A DNA stretch of 64,000 nt, taken from Octopus sinensis. Taxonomy: Eukaryota. Made by a program: the position numbers and the translations under genes. The notes beneath the pieces are model-generated. The model was not told the DNA's origin and made no database searches. It was given only the letters and a program-made list of their open reading frames with translations. This document shows, one piece after another, positions 1 through 13,257 of the stretch. The stretch covers positions 12,255,579-12,319,578 of the forward strand of contig NC_043026.1 of NCBI RefSeq assembly GCF_006345805.1, read 5' to 3'. Numbering within the stretch: position 1 is the stretch's first letter; each line of letters starts with the position of its first letter.

Positions 1-8
1 CACACCAT

Positions 9-297
<289 letters not shown>

Positions 298-307
298 ATA
301 TATATAT

Positions 308-560
308 GGCCCAGTGGTTAGGGTAGCGGACTCGCAGTCATAGGATCGTGCTTTCGATTCCCAGACCGGGCGTTGTGAGTGTTTATTGAGCGAAAACACC
401 TAAAAGCTCCACGAGGCTCCGTTAGGGGATGGTGGTGATCCCTGCTGTACTCTTTCACCACAACTTTCTCTCTCACTCTTACTTCCTGTTGGCCTGCTTG
501 CTTAGCCAGCGGGGTGGCGTCATTCGAAGGCTAAAACAATGCGAAGCGCATTGTGACCAG
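308..560 (+). mobile_element. tRNA-derived SINE family B head with an unusual tail
   Basis: A-box-like GGCCCAGTGGTTAG and B-box-like TTTCGATTCCC; same head as the copies at 41755-42137 and 53195-53572. Confidence 0.7.
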
Positions 561-569
561 CGATGTGTG

Positions 570-1257
570 ATCACGGTGATATATAGTCTACAAAATCCAC
601 TCATAAGGCTTTGGTCAGCCCAAGGCTATATTAGAAGACAAGATACCACACAGTGGAACTGGACGTAGTACCGTGTGGTTGCGAAGCAATCTTCTTACCC
701 CATAACCATGCCTACACCTATATACTCTTTACTCTCTTTCACTCTTTCACTTGTTTCAGTCATTTGACTGCGGCCATGCTGGAGCACCGCCTTTAGTCGA
801 GCAAATCGACCCCGGGACTTATTCTTTTGTAAGCCCAGTACTTATTCTATCGGTCTCTTTTACTTGTTTCAGTCATTTGACTGCGGCCATGCTGGGGCAC
901 CGCCTTTAGTCGAGCAAATCGACCCCGGGACTTATTCTTTTGTAAGCCCAGTACTTATTCCATCGGTCTCTTTTGCCGAACCGCTAAGTAACGGGGACAT
1001 AAACACACCAGCATCGGTTGTCAAGCAATGCTAGGGGGACAAACACAGACACACAGACACACACACGCATATATATATATATATACATATATACGACGGG
1101 GTTCTTTCAGTTTCCATCTACCAAATCCACTCACAAGGCATTGGTCGGCCCGAGGCTATAGTAGAAGACACTTGCCCAAGGTGCCATGCAGTGGGACTGA
1201 ACCCGGAACCATGTGGTTGGTAAACAAGCGACTTACCACACAGCCACTCCTGCGCCT
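570..1257 (-). mobile_element. SINE family A, composite (extra head, duplicated tail)
   Basis: Reverse complement of the tRNA-like head GGAGTGGCTGTGTGGT...GGTTCAGTCCC, CORE-like CCTTGGGCAAGT, (TA/TG)n and the tail; the tail segment appears twice (about 737 and 860). Confidence 0.8.
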
Positions 1258-1516
1258 ATATAATTCATTTTAATATATTTTTTTTTTCTCTCAGGAACAT
1301 TTGAATTTCGTAGACACGGTTACAAGCAACTGTCCTCATGGCCAAACTCTTAGCAATGTCGGTAAATTAAGATTTAGCAAGCTTTCTGGAAACGTGACTT
1401 GCACTTTTACTTTAGACAAGATATTCAGAGAAGACCGAACGTTGCAAGTTGAATGTAAGTGAGCAATTTCATAAATTTTAAACGAATTCTTTAGAAAGTT
1501 GTTTTTAAATTTTCTT

Positions 1517-1649
1517 TCATCACCACCATCATCACCATCATCATCATCACCATCATCACCATCATCATCATCATCATCATCGTCATCATCATCATCATCA
1601 TCACCACCATCATCACCATCATCATCACCATCATCATCATCATCACCAC

Positions 1650-1683
<34 letters not shown>

Positions 1684-1684
1684 G

Positions 1685-1738
<54 letters not shown>

Positions 1739-1830
1739 CCATCATCATCATCACCACCATCATCACCATCATCATCACCATCATCATCATCCTCATTGTC
1801 ATAATCATCATCATCATCATCATCATCGTC

Positions 1831-1876
<46 letters not shown>

Positions 1877-1968
1877 CCATCATCATCATCACACCATCAT
1901 CACCATCATCATCACCATCATCATCATCCTCATTGTCATAATCATCATCATCATCATCATCATCATCG

Positions 1969-2010
<42 letters not shown>

Positions 2011-2074
2011 CCATCATCATCATCACCACCATCATCACCATCATCATCACCATCATCATCATCCTCATTGTCAT

Positions 2075-2105
<31 letters not shown>

Positions 2106-2260
2106 GTCATCATCACCATCATCATCATCATCATCATCGTCATCATCATCATCATCATCATCATCATCACCATCATCATCATCACCATCACCATCATCAC
2201 CATCATCATCATCATCACCATCATCATCACCACCATCATCACCATCACCACTATCATCAC

Positions 2261-2294
<34 letters not shown>

Positions 2295-2390
2295 GTCATC
2301 ATCATCATCATCATCATCACCATCATCACCATCACCATCATCATCATCATCATCATCATCATCGTCATCATCATCATCGTCATCATCATC

Positions 2391-2422
<32 letters not shown>

Positions 2423-2433
2423 CATCATCATCG

Positions 2434-2480
<47 letters not shown>

Positions 2481-2519
2481 GTCATCATCACCATCATCAC
2501 CATCACCACTATCATCAAC

Positions 2520-2550
<31 letters not shown>

Positions 2551-2551
2551 G

Positions 2552-2582
<31 letters not shown>

Positions 2583-2904
2583 CATTGTCATAATCATCAT
2601 CATCATCATCATCATCATCACCATCATCATCATCACCATCACCATCATCACCATCATCATCATCATCATCATCACTATCATCACCATCATCATCATCATC
2701 ATCACCATCACCATCATCATCATCATCATCATCATCATCGTCATCATCATCATCATCACCATCACCACTATCATCACCATCATCATCATCATCATCATCT
2801 CATCATCATCGTCATCATCATTCATCATCATCACCATCATCACCATCACCATCATCATCATCATCATCATCATCATCGTCATCATCATCATCGTCATCAT
2901 CATC

Positions 2905-2936
<32 letters not shown>

Positions 2937-2946
2937 CATCATCTCG

Positions 2947-2993
<47 letters not shown>

Positions 2994-3181
2994 GTCATCA
3001 TCACCATCATCACCATCACCACTATCATCACCATCATCTCATCATCATCATCATCATCATCATCGTCATCATCATCATCATCATCATCATATCATCATCA
3101 TTGTCATAATCATCACCATCATCATCATCATCATCACCATCATCATCACCATCATCATCATCCTCATGTCATAATCATCAC

Positions 3182-3214
<33 letters not shown>

Positions 3215-3291
3215 ATCATCATCATCATCATCCATCATCATCATCATCATCATCGTCATCATCACCATCATCACCATCACCACATCATCAC

Positions 3292-3325
<34 letters not shown>

Positions 3326-3326
3326 G

Positions 3327-3360
<34 letters not shown>

Positions 3361-3435
3361 CATTGTCATAATCATCACCATCATCATCATCATCATCACC
3401 ATCATCATCACCATCATCATCATCCTCATTGTCAT

Positions 3436-3481
<46 letters not shown>

Positions 3482-3482
3482 G

Positions 3483-3516
<34 letters not shown>

Positions 3517-3541
3517 CATTGTCATAATCATCATCATCATC

Positions 3542-3573
<32 letters not shown>

Positions 3574-3591
3574 CATCACCACTATCATCAC

Positions 3592-3648
<57 letters not shown>

Positions 3649-3666
3649 CATCACCACTATCATCAC

Positions 3667-3719
<53 letters not shown>

Positions 3720-4029
3720 CCATCACCATCACCACTATCATCACCATCATCATCATCATCATCACCATCATCATCACCATCATCATCATCATCATTACCA
3801 TCACCATCATCATCATCATCATCATCACCACCACCACCTTCATCACCATCATCACCATCGCCATCATCACCATCATCACCATCACCATCATCATCATCAT
3901 CATCACCACCATCATCACCATCATCATCACCATCATCATCATCCTCATTGTCATAATCATCATCATCATCATCATCATCATCACCATCACCATCACCACC
4001 ATCATCACCATCATCACCATCATCATCAC

Positions 4030-4073
<44 letters not shown>

Positions 4074-4158
4074 CCACCACCACCTTCATCACCATCATCA
4101 CCATCGCCATCATCACCATCATCACCATCACCATCATCACCACCACCATCATCATCAT
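1517..4158. repeat. About 2.6 kb imperfect (CAT/ATG)n trinucleotide array
   Basis: Continuous CAT units with CAC/CGT variants, a recurrent CTCATTGTCATAAT motif and several 1-nt frame slips. Confidence 0.97.
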
Positions 4159-4160
4159 AT

Positions 4161-4292
4161 GGGGAGGAACATAAGACAGTACAAGAGGGTGAGGTGGATG
4201 AGGAGAAAGTGAGAGAGAGAACATGTGTGTATGTTCTCTCTCTCACTTCCTCCTCATCCACTTCACCCTCTTGTACTGTCTTATTCCTCCCC
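4161..4292. repeat. Fold-back hairpin with arms of about 63 bp
   Basis: GGGGAGGAACATAAGACAG...GAGAGAACAT / ATGTTCTCTCTC...CTGTCTTATTCCTCCCC around a GTGTGT loop. Confidence 0.9.
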
Positions 4293-4494
4293 ACCACTAC
4301 GAAACTCTATAAAATGATTAAAATTCCCCACAAAGGAATTAATTTGATTTGAAAACCCCACTAGAATGGGAGAAAGCGCTAATGATCTAAATTGATATGA
4401 TATATATGTAAAAAATGTAATATATAAATAAATATCTGTAAATATAAACCATCCGATCTTCTGATTACCTCATTTCTTCTAATATATATATCAT

Positions 4495-5513
4495 CATCAT
4501 CATCATCATCATTTAGCGTCCATTCTCCATGCTAGCATGGGTTGGATGGTTCAACTGTGGATCTACTGGCAGTGTTTCTACGGCTGGATGCCCTTCCTAA
4601 CGCCAACCACTCTGTGAGTGTAGTGGGTGCTTTTTACGTGCCACCCGCACAGGTGCCAGACAGAGCTGGCAAACGGCCACGAACGGATGGTGCTTGTACG
4701 TGTCACCGGCACGGGGCCAGGCGAGGCTGGCAACGGACACGAACGGATGGTGCTTTTACGTGCTACCGGCACGGGGGCCAGGCAAGGCTGGCAACGGACA
4801 CGAACGGATGGTGCTTTTACGTGCCACCAACATGGGGGCCAGACAGAGCTGGCAACGGACACAAACGGATGGTGCTTTTACGTGCCACCAACACGGGGGC
4901 CAGACAGAGCTGGCAAACGGCCACGAAACGGATGGTGCTTTTACGTGTCACCGGCACGGGGGCCAGGCGAGGCTGGCAACGGACACGAACGGATGGTGCT
5001 TTTACGTGCCACCAACACGGGGGCCAGACAGAGCTGGCAAACGGCCACGAAACGGATGGTGCTTTTACGTGTCACCGGCACGGGGGCCAGGCGAGGCTGG
5101 CAACGGACACGAACGGATGGTGCTTTTACGTGCCACCAACACGGGGGCCAGACAGAGCTGGCAAACGGCACGAAACGGATGTGCTTTTACGTGTCACCGG
5201 CACGGGGGCCAGGCAGAGCTGGCAAACGGCCACGAAACGGATGGTGCTTTTACGTGCCACCAACACGGGGGCCAGACAGAGCTGGCAAACGGCCACGAAA
5301 CGGATGGTGCTTTTACGTGTCACCGGCACGGGGGCCAGGCGAGGCTGGCAACGGACACGAACGGATGGTGCTTTTACGTGCCACCAACACGGGGGCCAGA
5401 CAGAGCTGGCAAACGGCCACGAAACGGATGGTGCTTTTACGTGTCACCGGCACGGGGGCCAGGCGAGGCTGGCAACGGACACGAACGGATGGTGCTTTTA
5501 CATGCCACCGACA
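4495..5513 (-). mobile_element. RTE-type non-autonomous element (family E) with about 14 5' minisatellite units
   Basis: (GAT)n tail and GGTTGGCGTTAGGAAGGGCATCCAGCCG body on -; 61-63 bp subunits in a 124-bp higher-order period. Confidence 0.75.
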
Positions 5514-5524
5514 CAATATATATA

Positions 5525-5606
5525 TTGGCTGATGAGTACTCAGCATTTTAAAACTGTTGTAATACAACATTTAATAAAATGATGTAGTACGAAACGATCG
5601 TACCAA
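5525..5606 (+). ncRNA. Minimal type I hammerhead ribozyme
   Basis: Stem I TTGG(5525-28)/CCAA(5603-06), core CTGATGA(5529-35), stem II GTACT/AGTAC, GAAA(5591-94), palindromic stem III ACGATCGT, cleavage triplet GUA (cut after 5602). Confidence 0.85.
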
Positions 5607-5871
5607 ATTACTGGAGTCATTGTTTAATGTCTGTCTTGCATGTTAGTAAGGTTTGACCAGAGCCTGCAAGCAGGAGTGCTGCACCAGGTTCCAGTCTGTT
5701 ATAACTTGGTTTTGCAGCTGGGTACCTTTCCTGATGCCAACCACTCTATAATGTGTGCTACAAAGCATTTTGCCCAACAGTTGATAATCGAAATATTGAT
5801 TTCAAGCTTTGGCAAAAAGCCAACAATTTTGGGAGACGGGTTAAGTCGGTTATTTCAACCCAAGTATTGAA

Positions 5872-6165
5872 CTCATCATCATCATCATCATCATCGTTTA
5901 ACGTCCCATTTCCATGCTGGCATGGGTTAGACGGTTCAACTGGGGTCTGGGAATCCAGAAGGCTGCACCAGGCCCAGTTTGATCTGGCAATGTTTCTATA
6001 GCTGGATGCCCTTCCTAACGCCAACCACTCCGTGAGTGTAGTGGGTGCTTTTTACGTGCCACCGGCACAGGTGCCAGACAGGGCTGGAAAGCGGCCACGA
6101 TCAGATGGTACTTTTTACGTGCCACCGGCACGGGGACCAGACAAAGCTGGCGACGGCCACATCAA
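5872..6165 (-). mobile_element. Family E element with 2 5' units
   Basis: Same body and (GAT)n tail as 4495-5513. Confidence 0.75.
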
Positions 6166-6419
6166 CCTGGGAAAATGAACGGCAAAATAGACCTTGCTGA
6201 AATTTGAACTCAGAACATAGAGACAGATGAAATGTTGTAAGACATTTTGTGTGGCATACTGACAATTCTGTCAGCTCACCCGTCTAATGATAATAATTAT
6301 TTCAAAGTTTGACACTAGGACAGTAATTTTCGGCAAAGGGGTAAGACGATTATATCGACCCCAATACCCAAATACTTTGTGTTTTATTGACCCCAAAAGG
6401 CAGAGTTGATGTCTCTCTT

Positions 6420-6828
6420 TCTCTTTTTCTCTTTTACTTATTTCAGTCATATGACTGTGGCCATGCTGGAGCACCGCCTTTAATCGAGCAACTCGACCCC
6501 GGGACTTATTCTTTTGTAAGCCCAGTACTTATTCTATCGGTCTCTTTTGCCGAACCACTAAGTAACGGGGACATAAACACACCAGCATCGGTTGTCAAGC
6601 GATGTTGGGGGGACAAACACAGACACACAAACATATACAGACACATACATATATACATACACATATATACGACGGGCTTCTTTCAGTTTCCGTCTACCAA
6701 ATCCACTCACAAGGCTTTGGTCGGCCCAGGGCTATGGTAGAAGACACTTGCCCAAGATGCCACGCAGTGGGACTGAACCCAGAACCATGTGGTTGGTAAA
6801 CAAGCTACTTACCACACAGCCACTCCTG
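6420..6828 (-). mobile_element. SINE family A, near full length
   Basis: Head, CORE-like segment, microsatellite and tail match other copies. Confidence 0.85.
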
Positions 6829-7089
6829 ATAGACGGAATGCCACTAAGCAGTTTGCCCAGAGTGCTAACGACTCTACCAGTTCATCACCTTCCCATGAGA
6901 TTTTACTCCATTATGATATTTAACATATTATAGCCCTCTTTCATGATCTTTTCTAGGTGATTCTACCCCATGGATTTGTTCTATCACTTTTGTTCTTGTG
7001 TGTGTGGCTGTTCTATTCGTTATGATAACCATAGCTGCTATCATTTGGTGCATAAAGATTAGAAATGGTATATCAATTTTATTCTTTTA

Positions 7090-7705
7090 TTTAAAAAATT
7101 TGTTTAAAAATTTATTAAAAAAATTTGTTCTAAAAATTATTTTAAAAATTTGCTTAAAAAATTTATTTTAAAAATTTGTTTAAAAAATTTGTTTAAAAAA
7201 TTTGTTTAAAAAATTTATTTAAAAAATTTGTTTAAAAAATTTGTTTAAAAAATTTGTTTAAAAAATTTTTTTAAAAATTTGTTTAAAAAATTATTTTAAA
7301 AATTTGTTTAAAAAATTTGTTTAAAAAATTTGTTTAAAAAATTTGTTTAAAAAATGTTTAAAAAATTTATTTTAAAAATTTGTTTAAAAAATTTGTTTAA
7401 AAAATTTGTTTAAAAAATTTGTTTAAAAAATTTCTTTTAAAAATTTATTTAAAAAATTTCTTTAAAAAATATTTTAAAAAAATTTCTTTAAAAAATTTCT
7501 TTAAAACATTTATTTAAAAAATTTATTTAAAAAATTTATTTAAAAAATTAAAAAAAAAATTTATTAAAAATGTTTAAAAAAATTTATTTAAAAAATTTGT
7601 TTAAAGAATCTACTTAAAAAATTTGTTTAAAAAAATTATTTAAAAAATTTGTTTAAAAAATCTATTAAAAAAATTTGTTTAAAAAATCTATTTAAAAAAT
7701 TTGTT
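7090..7705. repeat. AT-rich satellite with a unit of about 13 bp (TTTAAAAAATTTG)n
   Basis: About 45 degenerate A-tract/T-tract units. Confidence 0.9.
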
Positions 7706-8049
7706 TACAAGCTTCTAACCCGAAACGATGCAATGTTTGAGTCGACCTTAGTAGAATTTGAACTCAGAATGTAAACACGAGCGAAATGCCACTAAGCATT
7801 TTGACTGCTCTGCTAAAAATTCTCCCTGCCCACCGTCATATGAAATCCAAGCATTGATTTCAAACTTTGACACAAGGCCAACAACCAGGGCAGGGAGTAA
7901 GTCGAATACATCGAACCCATTACTCAAGACCCCAGAGTTTGAACTTAGGACGTAAAAACAGACGAAATGCCGCTATTTTGCTTGGTGTGCTGACGATTCT
8001 ACAAACACATCGCCTTCCCATGCGATAACACCGCATTATGATATTCAGC

Positions 8050-8343
8050 ATACTCTTTTACTTGTTTCAGTCATTTGACTGCGGCCATGCTGGAGCACCG
8101 CCTTTAGTCGAGCAAATCGACCCCGGAACTTATTCTTTTGTAAGCCCAGCACTTATTCTATCGGTCTCTTTTGCCGAACCGCTAAGTGACGGGGGACGTA
8201 AACACACCAGCATCGGTTGTCAAGCAATGGTAGGGGGACAAACACAGACACCCAAACATACACACACACATACATATATATATATATGCATACATATATA
8301 TATATATGTATGTATATATATATATATATATATATACAAATAT

Positions 8344-8402
<59 letters not shown>

Positions 8403-8477
8403 TATATACAAGTCTTGTGAGTGGATTGGTAGATGGAAACTGAAAAGAAGCCTGTCATATATATGTATATATATATG

Positions 8478-8538
<61 letters not shown>

Positions 8539-8720
8539 GTATATACGTATATACGACAGGCTTCTTTCAGTTTCCATCTACCAAATCCACTCACAAGGCA
8601 TTGGTCGGCCAGAGGCTATAGCAGAAGACACTTGCCCCCAAGATGCCACGCAGTGGGACTGAACCCGGAACCATGTGGTTGGTTAGCAAGCTACTTACCA
8701 CACAGCTACTCCTGCGCCTA
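8050..8720 (-). mobile_element. SINE family A with expanded (TA)n and an internal inverted head fragment
   Basis: Family A sequence; 8412-8460 is part of the head in the opposite orientation. Confidence 0.8.
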
Positions 8721-9021
8721 TCATAGCATATTATAATACTTTTTTTTATGATCTTTTCCAGGTGAAGATTCTGCGCTAAGGAGTTGCATTCCTGCCATTG
8801 GCCTTCTGAGTGTGTCTATTCTTATATTCATCGTGATGATTGTTGTTGTTATTATTAAGTGCCTAACAGGTGAAAATGGTGTTTTGATTTTATTCTTATT
8901 TAAAGACTTTGCTTTAGACACTTGATGTTCCATTACTACTTACTTTGGCTATGTACAGATGGTTTAAGTGTAAATTGGTTTTGTATTTTTGGCATAAGGC
9001 CAGAAAGTTCAGGGGAGTGGC

Positions 9022-9700
9022 CAACTTAGTTAAGTTAAGTTAAGTTAATATTTTGGCTCAAAAAGCAAAAAGCAAGGTCATGTAGGGGGACATGGAGTTA
9101 TGTACAGGGAGGGTGTTCATGCAAAGAGTTCAAGCCATTTCTGGTCAAGGGAGACTTTGAACCGAGCGGTCGTCGTCATCTTCACTATCTCGTTCAGCAG
9201 CTTATTCCACGGATCTGCAACCCGGACGGAGAAAGCCCCTCTCCTTCGATTGAGATGAAATCGTCGCAGATAGAGCTTTTCGGAGTGACCCTGCAGCCGA
9301 CGCTGTTGAGCAGGAGTGAAGAACAGCTCTTTCGAGAGGTTACACTTTCCGCATATGATGTTGAGAGCAAGAATGAGATCACCATGGCGTCGTCGTTTTT
9401 CTAGAGAATAAAGGTCGAGCGTCTTCAGCCTTTCTTCATAAGACAAATGCTTGAGACCAAGAACCATGCAGGTAGCCAGCTTCTGGACTCTTTCGAGATG
9501 ATGTATGTATTTGAGGAGATAAGGAGAAGAGGCTTGAATCTCATACTCCAATATGGGTCTCACTAGCATGACATAGAGTGGTAGGAATATGGCTGCTGCG
9601 AGCATTCCGAATGATCGTTGAATCAAAAATAGAACTCCGCGTGCTTTGTTGGCAGCATGGACGCACTGGGCCGAAGGCGAAAAGGAAGAATACACCAAGA
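9022..9700 (-). mobile_element. CR1-group LINE 3' fragment (RT C-terminus and microsatellite tail)
   Basis: Translation LVRPILEY...LERVQKLAT...SYEERL...LEKRR..GDLI...RGH...FSVRVADPWNKL; ends in an AAC/TT-type tandem tail. Confidence 0.85.
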
Positions 9701-10119
9701 TACCCAGGTCCTTTACCTGGTCGGTCCTCTCCAGCAGCAGATGACCCGGCTCGAAATCAAGTTGATTACATGAACCCCAGTACTCAACTGGTACTTAATT
9801 TTTATCGAATCCAAATGGATGAAATGTAAAGTTTACCTCGGTAGAATTTGAACTCAGAGAATAAAAACAAACAGAATGCCACAACAAATTTTGTCTGGTG
9901 TGCCAGCTCACCATCTATGAAATCTAAAAATTGGCTTCAAACTTTGGCAAAGGCCAGTAATATTGACCCCCATTACTCGAGTGTTATTTATTTTGTAAAT
10001 CCCCAAATTTGAAATCAGAATGTAACGAAGGACAAAATGCTGCTATTTTAATTGGCATGCTAATGATTCTACAAACACATCGCCTTACCATTTCATAATA
10101 CTCCATTATGATATTTAGT

Positions 10120-10120
10120 G

Positions 10121-10151
<31 letters not shown>

Positions 10152-11390
10152 TTAATAATGAAATTATTGTATACAGTGCTCAGGTGCACCACAACTTGTC
10201 AGAAAGTGCGTATAAAGAATATGCAGTAATGTACAAATGTCTGGGAAGCGAACAATGTATGAGTCAGGTACATGCTTGCGTGTGTATGGAGGGGAGGAGA
10301 TCAGGTGTAGTGTTGGCGGATCTCAGGAAGCATGGGAGTTTTGAAGGATGCAGTGCTCTGACAACTAACAACTGATGCCGGCAGTTTGTTCCATGCTTCA
10401 GCAACTCTTAGCGTGAAAAAATGTTTCCGAAAGTCATGGGAGCTGTGCTGTTTTCTGACTTTGTAAATATGTCCACGGGTGTTAGACAGGTGGAGTTTGA
10501 AAAGGTGCTCAGAGTTATTGTTTGTAAGATGGTTGATAATTTTATGGGGTTCTGCCAAGTCAGCTGCCAGACGTCGGAGTTTCAATGTGTCCATGCCCAG
10601 GGAAGTAAGGCGTTGTGCTGTTTTCTGACTTAGTAAATATGTCCACGGGTGTTAGACGGGTGGAGTTTGAAAAGGTGCTCAGAGTTATTGTTAATAAGAT
10701 TGTTAATAATTTCATGGGTGTCTGCATATGCAGTAATGTACAAATGTCTGGGAAGGGAACAATGTATGAGTCAGATACATGCTTGCGTGTGTATGGAGGG
10801 GAGAAAATCAGGTGTAGTGTTGGCGGATCTCAGGAAGCATGGAAGTTTTGAAGGATGCAACGCTCCGATAACTAACAACCGATGCCAACAGTTTGTTCCA
10901 TGCTTCAGCAACTCTCAGCATGAAAAATGTTTCCTAAAGTCATGGGAGCTGTGCTGCTTTCTGACTTTGTAAATATGTCCACGGGTGTTAGACGGGTGGA
11001 GTTTGAAAAGGTGCTCAGAGTTATTGTTAATAAGATTGTTAATAATTTCATGGGTGTCTGCATATGCAGTAATGTACAAATGTCTGGGAAGGGAACAATG
11101 TATGAGTCAGATACATGCTTGCGTGTGTATGGAGGGGAGAAAATTAGGTGTAGTGTTGGCGAATCTCAGGAAGCATGGAAGTTTTGAAGGATGCAGTGCT
11201 CCGACAACTAACAACTGATGCCGGCAGTTTGTTCCATGCTTCAGCAACTCTCAGCGTGAAAAAATGTTTCTGAAAGTCAATGGGAGCTGTGCTGTTTTCT
11301 GACTTTGTAAATATGTCCACGGGTGTTAGACGGGTGGAGTTTGAAAAGGTGCTCAGAGTTATTGTTTGTAAGATGGTTGATGATTGATAA
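10120..11390 (-). mobile_element. Tandem array of 3' ends of a second CR1-group LINE
   Basis: NTRGH...FFTLRVAEAWNKLP repeated in units of about 310 bp; (ATT)n tail at about 10125. Confidence 0.8.
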
Positions 11391-11639
11391 AAGCACACTT
11401 TTATGATCTTTTCCAGGTAAAGAATCTCTCTACAGGAGTCGTATCCCTGCTATTGTTCTTTTGGTTTCCCTGTTTCTTTCACTGATCATGGCTGGTTACT
11501 GTCTGTTCAAGAAGATAAGATATTTGAAGCTTCAGAAAGATGGAAATGGTATTTTGATTTTATTTCTATTTTTTATTTTATTTTATCTAGTTTCAGCTCA
11601 CGAGCTGTGACCATGCTGGGGCACCGCCATTTGGTGTTG

Positions 11640-12045
11640 CTACATGATTTTACTTCACGAATGCGTTTTAGCCATTGCCATTTGGTGCATAAGAGAGTTT
11701 GATGCAGCTGCCCTCATCTGCACCTCCTGCCGTGAAGTTGGTTCATCTGTTATACCTGACAAGAAGAGATCCAGTTTTATTTTAAAGACATCTGCATTCA
11801 CCCCATGCAGGTCTCTCAGGTTCTTCGGGAGGATATTGAAGAGCTGTGGGCCTCGGAAGCCCAGGCTATCACAGTATCTTGTCCTACATCTTGATGGCAA
11901 ACTTGGAGTCCTTGGCACTTTGCAGTGGCGCCCAGTTCTAGCATTTGTGTAACTCTCGATGCCAAAGTTTGGGACAAGTCCTTCTAGGATCTTCCAGATG
12001 TATATTATGCCATATCTTTCTCGCCTATGCTCTAAGGAATATTAT
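11640..12045 (-). mobile_element. L2/CR1-group LINE 3' fragment
   Basis: SLGFRGPQLFNILPKNLRDL...FKIKLDLFL...DEP resembles a LINE ORF2 C-terminus. Confidence 0.65.
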
Positions 12046-12564
12046 TTTATTTTAAAAATTTGTTTTAGAAGCTTGATGTCCCATTGCTACATACTTTGGG
12101 TATATAGTGCTGGCACTTATTTTATTGACCCCCAAAAGGATGAAAGGCAAAATGGACCTTAGTTAGTGCAATATGATTCCAGAATGTTAGGATGGATGAA
12201 ATAATCATTTTTACTAAAAGCACAAGGCCAATGCTAAGTATTTTGCCTGGCATGCTAACAATTTTGTCAGCTTGCTTTGTTGTCATAATATTGGTTTTAA
12301 ACTTTAGCTCAGGGCCAGAAATTTAGGAGAAGGGGTCAAGTCGATTACATCATCCCCAGTGTTCAGCTCCCTTTTACTTGTTTCAGTCATTTGACTGCGG
12401 CCATGCTGGAGCACCGCCTTTAGTTGAGCAAATCGACCCTGAGACTTATTCTTTTGTAAGCCCAGTACTTATTCTATCGGTCTCTTTTGCCGAACCGCTA
12501 AGTGACGGGGACGTAAACACACCAGCATCGGTTGTCAAGCAATGCGAGGGGGACAAACACACAT

Positions 12565-12895
12565 GCATATATCATCATCATCATCATCATCATTTAGCGT
12601 CCGTTCTCCATGCTAGCATGGGTTGGACGGTTCAACTGGGGTCTGTGAAGCTGGAAGGCTTCATCAGGCCCAGTCAGATCTAGCAGTGTTTCTACGGCTG
12701 GATGCCCTTCCTAACGCCAACCACTCCGTGAGTGTAGTGGGTGCTTTTTATGTGCCACCCGCACAGGTGCCAGACGGAGCTGGCAAACGGCCACGAACGG
12801 ATGGTGCTTTTACGTGTCACCGGCACGGGGGCCAGGCGAGGCTGGCAACGGACACGAACGGATGGTGCTTTTACGTGCCACCAACACGGGGGCCA
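12565..12895 (-). mobile_element. Family E element with 2 5' units
   Basis: Family E body with (GAT)n tail. Confidence 0.75.
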
Positions 12896-12992
12896 TATAT
12901 ACATAAATTTAAACAACGAGGGAGATAAATTAATATTAATTTAAAACCAGTAGTCCATCATACAAAAAATCTGAGAAATCAGAGAAAATTCT

Positions 12993-13257
12993 AATATATG
13001 TGTATATTGGCAGGGCAAGACTGCTAGGTAGTCGGCCGTATGCTAGAAATAGATCATCAACAATCAAACTACAAAGAAAGTTCTCTAGAGGAAAAATTCA
13101 GCGAACACCAGAACCAAATTTGACAGGCAGGACAGATGAAAATTTATATAAAAAACAGAATTAATTGCATACATTCTTTGTAGTTTGATCGTTGATGATC
13201 TATTTCTAGCACACGGCTGACTACCTAGCAGTTTGCCCTGTCAATATACATATATAT
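12993..13257. repeat. Inverted repeat with arms of about 85 bp and a spacer of about 95 bp
   Basis: ATATGTGTATATTGGCAGGGCA...CTACAAAGAA versus TTCTTTGTAG...TGCCCTGTCAATATACATAT. Confidence 0.85.

Noticed and set aside
1491-4297. Long poly-Asp/Gly and poly-Met ORFs suggesting an aspein-like or reflectin-like protein
   Set aside because: They are translations of a (CAT)n array. Frames slip repeatedly, there are no splice signals or reflectin motifs, and these codons avoid stops trivially.
4542-5582. ORFs of 285-346 aa in three frames
   Set aside because: All three frames are open because the GC-rich family E minisatellite lacks stop codons.
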